Positions 12,595-23,718 of a stretch of 64,000 nucleotides of DNA are shown here, piece after piece. Source of the stretch: Octopus bimaculoides (Eukaryota). Under the pieces are notes generated by a model. That model made no database searches, was not told the DNA's origin, and saw only the letters and a list, made by a program, of their open reading frames with translations. The translations under genes and the position numbers were made by a program. The stretch is taken from assembly GCF_001194135.2 (NCBI RefSeq), contig NC_068990.1, positions 92,263,830 to 92,327,829 on the forward strand, written 5' to 3'. How positions within the stretch are numbered: position 1 is the stretch's first letter; each line of letters starts with the position of its first letter.

Positions 12595-13125
12595 ACTGCA
12601 TCGTTTGCCTTCTTCGGACCTTGTCGCGGCACTCGACAGGTGAATCATATGCAACCTCCAAAATGTTGCAGTCGGCAAAAGTATTAGTGACATTGGTGTC
12701 TTATATAGAAAACAGGTCATCCTGTTCAAACATTTGCCATCACCGTAGTCCAGTCAAATCCGTGGCTACCAATATCGTAAGATAGGTCTACCAATATGAA
12801 AGGTGATTTGTTAATACATTATTGACTTCAGCATTTCAGGGTCATCTCCGGCACTGAAATGAAGCGACTACATAACCTTCTATATCGATCTCTCTAATAC
12901 AACAACACTTTAACATTCAGCACGAGTCCAATTTCGAAGAGTCACACCAATTTGGTAGGCACTGTTGTCCAGCTTGATACCCTCGGTCTGGCACACGAGG
13001 AGGGAATTGAGCCAAATACCGTTCCGTAGTTGATGTGCAGCAGACAACAGTGCCAGATTTTTCTCATTTGTGTATCTTGCAAGCAAAACACACTTCTCAT
13101 GCTTCTCAATAACTCGCATCCCAAA
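12595..13125 (-). mobile_element. Decayed CRE-clade-like non-LTR retrotransposon, C-terminal zinc knuckle/RLE region
   Basis: Translation LALLSAAHQLRNGIWLNSLLVCQTEGIKLDNSAYQIGVTLR, then DGKCLNRMT and TFADCNI, matching the CRE-type pattern GAWLNALP...G.KLD...R.AV.LRLG / DGKRPDG.T / DTFA.S. Many stops and frameshifts. Confidence 0.65.
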
Positions 13126-13153
13126 ATTCGTTGTTTCTTTACACACACACACA

Positions 13154-13195
<42 letters not shown>

Positions 13196-14569
13196 ATTCA
13201 ATAAATAGGTACCTAACTTACAAGGAAGAGAGTGTATGGGGGTGTTTGGGCGTTCATGCTTTTACTCAGACTGAAATTGGCTTAAGTGAAAGTCCGATGA
13301 CTTCAAGTAAGAATAAAACGTTGTCATGGTCACTGCTCACTGAGAATTTAGTAAAGTTCCACATCGTTGGTTGTGTGATCGATAATTATATTAAATGTTG
13401 TGAATGTAGAGAACGTTTAACATTGTTACCAGCTATTTCATGAAGATTAATGGAACATGGAGGAAGAAATGGAGGTGGGTAAGACGTCTGCAGTGTCCCG
13501 ATAGACAACTCAGTCAAAATTCCCAACAGTGAATCACTGTTTTGTCAGTTAGACATCTTTGCCAGATCATACTTCCAACAAGGCTATTGTTCATGAATTT
13601 ATCTAATAAAAAAGCAAAAGGCAACGAATTAACTAAATATTGTGTTGCGAAATTTGGTTGTGGAAATTAAATTTGTGATAAACGGATTAAAAATAATGCT
13701 GAAAACAGTCACCAAGTAGCTATTAATTTTTAAGATTTGTCAAATTATTTTCCATATTTGGATTTGCAGTTGGGATTATCAAACCCCAAATTTACCCCCC
13801 GCGTTATTTCGAAGCTGAGTCATGTTAAATAGATTCGGGAACCAGATTTGCTGAAAGTTCTGCATTCATAGATTGTATCATTTCCCGTTCGTTTTAATAA
13901 ACAGGGGAACGTGAGATTTTGGTTTCTCAAATAAACTTAAAGGTCTCAGCATTGTAGAAACGTGTTGGCGTTCATACCTTTTCCAAAAGAAAAAAAAAAT
14001 TAACATTACCAACATCAGTGAATTCGACAGAGAACCGGAAATGACAAAATGAGTTTGTTGTATAAAAATGTCTCTACTCCATTTGTTGTATAAACAATAA
14101 TGAGATAATTCGGCACATATAAAAGAGATCTAGCTTCGTGTAGGGTTTATCTTTGAAGAAACCATCAACGTTGCTTAGATACAAATTAAGATAAGTTGTA
14201 ATAGTTGAAGGTATGATGTTATGATTGTACCACATCATTGCCAAAGAAACTCACCACAGACAAGGCATTACATATTTCACTAAACAGACACACCCTTATA
14301 ATTATGTTGCCATCTTTTCAATTAATTTAAGATGTTTAATTCTATGAAGATTCCATATGTTTTGTATATACGTATACGTGTGTGTGTGTATATGTATGGT
14401 TTGGGTATGTGTGTACATATGTATGTGTGTATTCGTTTTTTAATGATTAAATATTAACATTGACGTAATGTTGGCCAAATTTGTGTTTTACACATCTAAC
14501 TCATAATCTCGCACCTATGGGTTATTATCACCATCATCATCATCATACATATAACCAAGACCACATTTT

Positions 14570-14628
<59 letters not shown>

Positions 14629-14780
14629 ACTACTACTACTACTACTCGTGTAAATCTTGTCAGTGAAATAATTTCTTTTCCATAGTATGGAAAAGTTTCC
14701 AGAATGGAGTTAAAGTCTGCCTGTGGGAGGGAAAGCTTAATACTGTAGCTGGTTACCTTGGAAGAGTGGTGTTATAGGTA

Positions 14781-15340
14781 CGGTGACGTTATGGACGTCG
14801 TGACGTCATAGACACACAGAGACGTTATAGTCATAGTGACATCACACACAGTCTTTGTGACGTTATGGTCGTCGTCATAGTTAAAGATTTGTTGGAATGA
14901 TCATATAATTGTATCAAAACGATAAAAGCAAACAGACGTTAATTACAAAGATATTATCATCTCGGAGATGTTATATCCTTTTAGTGTGACATTCTAATAA
15001 CAGTGACATTATTATTAATGATAGAAGCGTTTCTGGACGTGGGAATCGCCGAGACATTAGATTAAGAGCGACGTTAAAGTGACAATGACGTCACAATTTC
15101 AGAAACACTTAAACGTCACACAGTGACGTCATAGTGAGAACGACGTCGCATCTTCAGTAACCCTACGCATCACTCGGTGCGTTACAAGGACGGTGACATC
15201 ACAATCTCAGAAATTCCTTAGAGATATCACACTTTTCGATGACAACTATTTTATAGGAATTGATATCACACAGTGGCGTTATTGTGACAGTGACGTCATA
15301 ATCTCAGAATCTCGACAGACGTCACACTTTCAGTGACCAG
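14781..15340. promoter_or_regulatory. Homotypic cluster of CRE (TGACGTCA) palindromes in a degenerate ~100-bp repeat
   Basis: Perfect TGACGTCA at 14801, 15086, 15124 and 15291. Near matches: TGACATCA 14837 and 15194, AGACGTCA 15317, AAACGTCA 15111, TGACGTTA 14784. Function is inferred. Confidence 0.5.
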
Positions 15341-15358
15341 CAATTTTATAGTGATATA

Positions 15359-15546
15359 TATATAAACTGCGTTGTTGTTATTTAAATAATACAACGGTAA
15401 AAGTAATAATATATCAATGATTTAAAGAGAGAAAAAAAGAGAGTGATCTCCATGAAGCAGTATGCCATAGATCGATTCCAAATCTTAATCGGGCTCTACA
15501 AATAGACAGAACGTGAAACACAGTTGGCAAAAAAAGGAAGGTAAGA
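15359..15546 (+). promoter_or_regulatory. Candidate TATA box (TATATAAA 15359-15366) and non-coding first exon ending at donor GAAG|GTAAGA (15540/15541)
   Basis: Motifs seen directly downstream of the CRE cluster. All three frames contain stops, consistent with a 5' UTR exon. No transcript evidence. Confidence 0.3.
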
Positions 15547-15812
15547 GATTTCTCTTGAAGTTTTCTTTCTTTAAATTATAATGCAATAGAATTGGCAGCG
15601 GCTATTTTTTCCATTCGTTTCTCCTAAATATATAAAGGTTATTTTCATTTACTGTTTTTTTTTTAATATTATAAGTTATTTCACCTCTAAAATATATACA
15701 ACAGACTCTATTCTCCTGTTCGAATGTTATATTTTACATCAGTTTTTGTAAAGAGCTAAGTTATATGTTTTTGTTCAGGCATAATATCTTTACCTCTCTC
15801 TCTTTCTTTCTT

Positions 15813-15902
<90 letters not shown>

Positions 15903-16477
15903 TTCACACACGTTTATGTATATATATTTAAATATACGTGTATATAAGTAATATTTTTAGCAATAATTATAAGTAATAGAGTGACTCAAGGTCCGAGAGT
16001 TTCGTGCGTTGGCACTTTTCAAACTTAGAGGTTGAAAAACCTGTGATAATAAAAATATACATATACTCATATTTTGAGTTCTATTTTACCTGCTTGCATC
16101 AACATACTAATATAAGATGTGTGTGTGTGTGTGTGTGCGCGCGTGCATAAGTGTATCTGAATATGTGCTTATGTGTGTGCCTATGTTACGGGAAACCTCG
16201 CCGAGATTCTATCAGCCGGCTGTTCGATTCTCTCAACCGGATCCCATTTCATTTTCCAATTGTTCCCATTTTATCTTTACTAACAGAAGACCTGGTTCTC
16301 CACGACCTTTCTCACCTCTTTCAAATTACCAGCTTAACTTTGTCATATAAACTGGGACACCAAGTTCATTCTTCACACTTGGCGACCTGCACCCATCATC
16401 CGATTAATGCGCCAACAGAGCTAGCTGTTCGTCCCTTTAACCCTGAGTCAAGCGTCCCCAAGACTGAAGCTCTACAT

Positions 16478-16914
16478 CAGTGGTTCTCAACCAGGGTCCA
16501 CCGAAGATTTTGCAGTTAAAGTTTATGTGCAATAAGATGGTTATATTTCTACAATACACAAACTATTTAAATATTTTTTTATACAGTAAGGTGGCGAGCT
16601 GGCAGGATCGTTAGCACGCCGGACGAAATGCATTGCGGCATTTCGTCCGTTTTCATGTTCTGAATTCCAATTGCGCCGAGGTCGACTTTTCCTCTCGTCT
16701 TTTCGAGACCGATAAAATACATAAAAGTTGAGCACCAGGTCGATGTAATCGACTCACCGCTCCCCCGAAATTGCTGGCCTTGTGCCAAAATATGCCACCC
16801 GTATTTACTCATAAAAACAAAAGTTTTTACAAATTGAATGGCTCTGAGGGTCCCACCCCCGGGTCAAATAGGAACCAATGGGATCCATAGGCAAAAAATG
16901 GTTGAGAACCATTC
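16478..16914. mobile_element. hAT/Charlie-type MITE 1 (contains a SINE insertion)
   Basis: TIRs CAGTGGTTCTCAACC / GGTTGAGAACCATTC; 8-bp flanks CTCTACAT and CTCTACAC. Confidence 0.8.
16568..16795 (+). mobile_element. Near full-length tRNA-headed SINE, family B (Meta-domain-like body)
   Basis: A-box-like TGGCAGGATCGTTAG, degenerate B box, body GATAAAATA...GGTCGATGTAATCGAC, 3' GCCTTGTGCCAAAAT. The Meta-domain name is from memory and unverified. Confidence 0.75.
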
Positions 16915-16922
16915 CTCTACAC

Positions 16923-17104
16923 CAGTGGTTCCCAATCTGGGGTCCGTGGACCTCTGGTAGTCCGCAAACTAGGGGTCGATGAACTTAATTCAAAATTTCA
17001 TATACATACATACATATATACATACATACATATATACATACATAAGGATAAGCATATTAAAAGGGGGTCCGTGGGAAAACTTATTTAAATAAAAGGGACC
17101 ACTG
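16923..17104. mobile_element. hAT/Charlie-type MITE 2 with internal (TACA)n
   Basis: Ends CAGTGGTTCCC / GGGACCACTG, flanked on both sides by CTCTACAC (16915-16922 and 17105-17112). The same right end recurs at 61655-61742. Confidence 0.8.
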
Positions 17105-17417
17105 CTCTACACCTGCAATATGACAGGACGACTACCTCCACTATTACTACTATAACACACAGCATCGGCAAATCAAATAACTACAGCCTACCTTTACAGT
17201 TTACTATTAAACTGTCCTAGCTCACCGTTGTCACAAACACACGTACCATACACTCCTTGTTAAACATATTAATATTGGTAAGACTTGAATTGGCTGTGGT
17301 CCAGCATTAATAACTGGAAACGTTTTGTAGATGTTCATGCAATAAGCTTTTTATATACACAACTGGATCCCGTATCTACATGGGTCTACATTCCCTCACA
17401 CATTGGATTCCTTTGTA

Positions 17418-17551
17418 TTCTTTTATTTGTTTCAGTCATTTGACTGCGGCCGTACTGGAACACCGCCTTTAGTCGAGCAAATCGACCCCAGAGCTTATTC
17501 TTTGTAAATACACTAGCATCGGTTGTCAAACGATGTTGGGGGACAAACACA

Positions 17552-17593
<42 letters not shown>
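17418..17593 (-). mobile_element. SINE family A, 3' part, running into a gap
   Basis: Reverse complement of the family A 3' domain plus (CA)n. Confidence 0.8.
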
Positions 17594-18254
17594 NNNNNNN
17601 NNNNNNNNNNNNNNNNNNNNNNNNNNNNNNNNNNNNNNNNNNNNNNNNNNNNNNNNNNNNNNNNNNNNNNNNNNNNNNNNNNNNNNNNNNNNNNNNNNNN
17701 NNNNNNNNNNNNNNNNNNNNNNNNNNNNNNNNNNNNNNNNNNNNNNNNNNNNNNNNNNNNNNNNNNNNNNNNNNNNNNNNNNNNNNNNNNNNNNNNNNNN
17801 NNNNNNNNNNNNNNNNNNNNNNNNNNNNNNNNNNNNNNNNNNNNNNNNNNNNNNNNNNNNNNNNNNNNNNNNNNNNNNNNNNNNNNNNNNNNNNNNNNNN
17901 NNNNNNNNNNNNNNNNNNNNNNNNNNNNNNNNNNNNNNNNNNNNNNNNNNNNNNNNNNNNNNNNNNNNNNNNNNNNNNNNNNNNNNNNNNNNNNNNNNNN
18001 NNNNNNNNNNNNNNNNNNNNNNTATACATACACACTCACACACACAAACATATACTTACATACATATATATGTATATATACAAATATTGGTGCATGTATG
18101 AGTGAGTAGACAAACGGAAGAAGGGCATGCAACACATTTCTTGGGAGTTACATGTATGGATCAAAACAGTTTGATTCAAACTCCTTGGTACTCTTAAGTT
18201 TTAAGCGTGATGCTAATCTTTGGTCACAGTAGTAACTATATACATATGTCTATG

Positions 18255-18530
18255 TATGTATATCGGTTACGACGACGAGGGCTCCAGTTGATCCGATCAA
18301 CGGAAGAGCCTGCCCGTTAAATTAACGTGCAAGTGGATGAACACTCCACAGACACAGACACGCGTGCCCTTCCAGTAGTTCTCGGGGATATTCAGCGTGG
18401 CACAGAGTGTGACAAGGCTGGCCCTTTGAAATACAGGAACAACTCATTTTTTCCAGCTGAGTGGACTGGAACAATGTGAAATAAAGTGTCTTGCTCAAGG
18501 ACAAAACGGGTCGCCGGGAATTAAACTCCC
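18255..18530 (-). mobile_element. CORE-like SINE fragment
   Basis: Minus strand reads B-box-like GAGTTTAATTCCCGG, then TGTCCTTGAGCAAGACACTTTA, typical of the CORE domain. Confidence 0.55.
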
Positions 18531-18994
18531 ATGTTGTTCAGTTTCGAATATTCTCAAATGTGGATTTTAATTGAGTTCACAGCTATTCTACGTATATATA
18601 TGAACACATGGCTGTGTTAGTCAATAATGTCATCTGGAAGTCACTTGGTTCCAGGTTCGCTCCCACAGACGTCTTTTTTTTTTTTACTATTGCCTCGAAT
18701 TGATCCAAACTTTGTGAATAAAAGAGGGTTGGCAGTCGCATACTAGAGTGTGTGCTGCCTGGAGCAGTCCTGGGTCTTCTGAACATAGAAAAGTGCTGAT
18801 ATGAACATAGCTGGAACGCTTTTCATCATAGGTCTGCTTGATCAGAGTTGGCCCAAAGAAGTGTGAGTGAGACTTCGTTTCTGGATCATAAAGACATGCC
18901 CCGTGTCCTCTCGTCCAGACTGGGGCAGGGGAACGTTCACTGGCTTCAAACAGTCCGGCAAATTAGAACAGACTTCTACGTTTCTTCCCTTCAA

Positions 18995-19168
18995 CTACTG
19001 TAATACACTGTAACCACAGGCCAGTTGTGCAGCAAGCTCAAAGGCTGTGATTCGTTTTTCCGTGCAAATCAGTTCTTTCAGTTGCTGGTAATTCGTGTCA
19101 GTGGTCGCGGTTGGTTTTCTATTAAATGGTTTGACTTCAACGCTGATTTCCTCATCTTTAAACTTCAT
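18995..19168 (-). pseudogene. Mariner transposase remnant (second HTH region)
   Basis: MKFKDEEISVEVKPFNRKPTATTDTNYQQLKELICTEKRITAFELAAQLACGYSVLQ* follows the mariner pattern KFK.G..S.ED..RSGRP.......LI..DRRIT..ELA..L. Confidence 0.6.
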
Positions 19169-20079
19169 CTATCTGTGTACATTGCGCTCTTGTTAATGGT
19201 GTAATTTCTCTAAGCAGCCTGTAACCTTTTGCGGATGTCAGACAGTCTGCAGCCCATTTTGTCAAGAACTCAATAACAAAACGTTGCATCTGCTTGGAAC
19301 CCATTATTCACCTGCAATAACGGATAACAAGAAGAAAGTTACTGTAGAGTGCTATTTTATTAGCACATGTACTTTGAATGACTTGGCCCAATTTTGCATT
19401 ACTTTCAAAATAACGCCTGTATTTTATTTCAGAATCTGCAAACTCACTGTGTTATCTATGTTATAATTATCTATGGCAGACACTGACTGTCAAAGGGGAT
19501 TTTTCAAAATAATTTTGTTCACATTAGCGCAAACATTTCAGTGAAATACCTTAGCCCAAACTTCCTTACACATAAACAAAGTGGTAAACGATAAGTTTCC
19601 GTGAACTATTTATATTCACAATAAATAAAATTCTCGATACTTTTTTTTTAAATATTTCATAGTTGTATATCAAGCGAAAAATGATACATTTACTTCATAA
19701 ACAACCGAACTGAGCCACTAATTAAATTTCTTCATAAAAAAGTTTCAAGTAGTGGAGGGAAGTGCATTAAATTAGTCGAAATAGATTTACAGCAGAATTA
19801 ACTTCTTTTATTAACTGACGGTTTTCGTAAATCTATTGCTATTTTCATTACTTTTCTCTTTCTTCCATTTCCCCAATTATATCTTTCACCTTCTATCACA
19901 CAGTCTATTTGTTGCATCTGAGAATGAAATATTCAAGGCATTTTTTTTTTCTAGTGGCGAACGAGAAAAAATTGCCAAACATAACACAAACCTTGTTTTC
20001 CCTAGCGTTGCATATGTGAATTCATTGAATGAATTCATTGTTATTTATTTCGTTTCTGTTAAATACATTACTTGAAAAT

Positions 20080-20350
20080 CATCGACCGCGTATTTATAAG
20101 GGAAATTGGCAAATTATGACGTCAAAATAGCAATGTATCGAAATTTCTAAATGAAATATTGATCAAATGAAAAAAAATAATAAATCAAATTCATTACTTC
20201 TTTTTAATTTTCTGTATTGAAAAATCATGATTAATAGAACCTTTACAAACTTTACGAATTGTCTTGTTACATGAAAACATCGGCATAGCGTGCAACGGAC
20301 ATGATAGACTGACTGACAGAAAAACATAGTTTCTTATTGTAATGTAGATT
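20080..20350 (+). mobile_element. Possible Helitron/Helentron-type non-autonomous 3' end
   Basis: Ends GACTGACTGACAGAAAAACATAGTTTCTTATTGTAATGTAGATT, resembling the short-repeat plus ...TAGAT terminus of such elements. Pattern recall only. Confidence 0.3.
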
Positions 20351-21004
20351 TTTCAATTATACAGTGGTGGAACCACACTTCGGAGTTCAAATCCCGCTTC
20401 ACGTTTCCTCTTTCCAGGGTCGATAGAGTAAAGTATCAAATACTCCGAGATGTGATTGGAATTGAAATAAGAAAACAGAAGACAAGATATGCGTGGACTT
20501 GTAGATTTATGGTGGGCATTGTATCATAATCAACTCCCAACGATGTGGGACGAGGGGGCATTTAAGTGGACGCTCGATTGTTAGAAATAACAGCCAAATT
20601 TCTCTACTGTCTCAAATGAAGAAGGACACATTTAACGATGTATTTACTATATAGCAGATACACTATACACAGGAAGAAAAAAAAGACAAGGTAGTCTCAT
20701 ATGGAATGCGTTTGGTCATCGTTTCACTGGACCAGAACTGACTAGGAACGAAACAGTAATACCACCAACATCAACAGTCTTCCGAGGGAGCTTATATGTA
20801 GTTGCCTGACGCGCTAGTGATAGCAGCGAAAAACTCCAGTAACATGATCCTGGGTGCACTGTTCTTGAGACAAAATACACTGGGGTTACAAGTGGGGAGC
20901 CTCTGATCATGACTTTGCTTTGACAACACCGTTATTCAGAAAAGTTATAGATTCAACTAATGACTATAGCTTACAAGAATTTAAGTACTAAATACTCTTA
21001 ATAT

Positions 21005-21500
21005 TGGTTTCAAATTTTGGCACAAAGTCGGCAAGTTCGAGGTGGTGGGGTAAGTCAAGTACATCAACTCCAGTACTCAATTGGTACTCATTTTATCGAC
21101 TCCGAAAGTATGAAAGGCAAATTCAACCTAGGCGGAATTTGAACTCGTAAAGACAGACGAAATGCCGCTAGGCCTTCTGCCAACTCGCCAAATAAGGGGG
21201 CGGTGACCTGGCAGAATCGTTAGCACGCCGAGTAAAATGCTTGACTGCATTTTGTCCACCTTTACATTCTGAGTTCAAATTCTGCCTTTCATCATACAGG
21301 GGTCGATAAAATGAGTAGCCCCCGATACTTGCTGGCCTCGTGCCAGAATTTGAAACCAATATTCCGAGGACGGCCTATTGGCAGATTCGTAAGAGCATCA
21401 GACAGAATGCATTGCGATATTTGTCCTAGATTTCTTGTGGTTCCAGTTCAAATCCCATCGAGGTCAGCTTTACCTTCCGCCTTTTCGATAAATGAAGTAT
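21005..21500. mobile_element. Cluster of three family B SINEs: 21005-21190 (-), 21194-21362 (+), 21368-21500 (+, partial)
   Basis: Shared head, body and TGCCA(A/G)AATTTGAAACCAA end in both orientations. Confidence 0.75.
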
Positions 21501-21876
21501 CAGTCCTGCGAACAGTTTAGTCTGTTTGTCACTGTCGGAATTCAGCAACGTCACACTGGGAGAAAAGAGTCATTGAGAACCAGTCACAATGGGATCTTTC
21601 TCTAAAATGGAAAAGAATTAAGCTATAGGCTGGAAGTTTCTGCGACAGTCCAAGGACGAACCGATGTATCTTGTGCAGAATGGAAATAGAGTTAATTATG
21701 TCAGAGAAAAGTAAAGACAATTGAATAATGTTTATGCTATCTTTCGTTTTAATGTTAATAAAATGGCCAGAATTTGAAACCAATATTCCGAGGACGGCCT
21801 ATTGGCAGATTCGTAAGAGCATCAGGCAGAATGCATTGCGATATTTGTCCTAAATTCTTGTGGTTCCAGTTCAAAT
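21342..21876. repeat. Local direct duplication, 21342-21453 vs 21766-21876
   Basis: About 111 bp with 2 substitutions and 1 indel; spans a SINE-tail/SINE-head junction. Confidence 0.85.
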
Positions 21877-22656
21877 AGCCAATGTTTAAATTAACCAAAT
21901 ATAGGGAAGACTGACAACAATAAACACCCTTTTTTTGAAATTTTGCAAAAGGCTGGAACACCAAAATTCTATTTTGACGTCTTCAACGAACCATTGCGAT
22001 TCACATGCCTGCCCTACACAAAGGACGATTACATGGATATACAGATTATTTTACATAAATCAAGTATGACAACACAAAAGAAATCTTTATCTCTCCATTT
22101 GTCGACAGTGTGTGTGTATGTGTATATGTGTATGTGCGCGTGCGCGCGTTTTCGCGTGCGCGTACGATGTACATAATGGCGTACATACAGTAATTACTTC
22201 AGCTCAACGACGATTGAATCAATTTATTCCAAATGCCCAATTGTTAGTTCGTTGTGTGTAAAGCTAATTCCCATAGAAATAATGTTATAACGTTCGCATT
22301 GATGAAATTTGACAAGAATTTTTTTAAAGCGCTGCTTTAAATAAAGAGCAGATATATAACAACAGTTTAAATATTATGATTTGATTAACTATATATTCTT
22401 TTAAATAATAATCAAATATCTCTCAATTTTTTTAAACATCACTCGATATTTTTTTTCTTTTGCCGCTTGTTATTATATGGGTTGATTAATCGCTCAATAT
22501 GGCTTCGCCGCTCTATTTGCTACGTGCGTACGTGTGTCTATCAATGTATGTGTATGTGTATACACGCGCACCTGCGCGCACGCACACGCATTTAGAGAGA
22601 CAGAGAGACGGACAAAGATCACACATACATACATGCACAGATACATGTATACATGC

Positions 22657-22687
<31 letters not shown>

Positions 22688-23084
22688 TGTGTGTATGTAT
22701 GTGTGTGTGTGTGTGCGTATGTATGTATGTATGAATGTATGTATGCATGCGTGTATATACGTATGTTTTGTATGTATATCGATCGATGTGACGAGGTTTT
22801 TTGTTTTTTTCTTAATCTCGCCTTCAGTCTTTTTCTTTTCTTTATAAATGTCGCAATGACAGACATGACATGAAATATATTTACATCTGCAGAACCTTTC
22901 AAATTTGAACGAAATTTGAATATAGAGACTGAAAAACCTTCAATCACTTTTCCAATATGTGTAAAGGCTTTGAGAATAAAGCCCTCAACATTTTTTCATT
23001 TTTCTTTTAAAGGTTGGTAGATTGTTTTTTGTGTGTGAATTCATTCACAATGAATTCCAAACTTTTCAAAAGCGAAAAAAACAG

Positions 23085-23300
23085 AGGTTTCAAATTTTGG
23101 CACAATGCTAGCAGTGTTAGAAGGAACAGGCTAATCGATTACATCGATCCCAATATTCAACTGGCACTTATTTTATCGACATTGAAAGGTCGAAAAGTAA
23201 AGTCAAACTGGGCGGATTTTGAACTCGGAACGTAATGAGCTTGCAAAAAAAAGGTCACTAGGTATTTTTGGCCGATGTGCTAACGATTCTAGCATGTGCT
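23085..23300 (-). mobile_element. SINE family B
   Basis: TTTCAAATTTTGGCACAA...TTTTATCGAC...GGCGGATTTTGAACTCGGAACGT...TGCTAACGATTCT is the reverse complement of the family. Confidence 0.75.
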
Positions 23301-23434
23301 AACGCTCTAAAATAGAAACAAAGAGAATAGCAGAGAGAATATAAAAACGATATACACACACATCGCCCCAACTTACAAATTATCTGAATAATTGAAGGAA
23401 CAAGTAATCTCTTACACATACACTATCGAGGTGC

Positions 23435-23466
<32 letters not shown>

Positions 23467-23632
23467 ATTTATGAATAATGTATGGCGCAAGTGACCCTAA
23501 ATATTCTACTTCTGTTGTCTCTATTAAAAAGTCAGTGGCAATTTCCTTAGCTTTTAGATTTATGAGATTGTTTGTTGACGCCGGATTTCTTCCTCTTTCT
23601 GTTTGTTTCTTCCGTGTTTGTAATGTTATTAG

Positions 23633-23718
23633 ATACTGGTTTGTTACATGATCTGCATCATAAAGATTTTTATCGTTTCCGAGAATACACGAATTTTCTT
23701 GAAATTAACAATGTGTAA
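23633..23718 (+). CDS. Candidate isolated exon (D)TGLLHDLHHKDFYRFREYTNFLEINN(V*)
   Basis: Long polypyrimidine tract and AG, then an open frame with protein-like composition. No domain recognised. Confidence 0.2.

Noticed and set aside
13881-13915. Short imperfect hairpin resembling the 8870-8930 Penelope sequence
   Set aside because: Too short and mismatched to establish homology.
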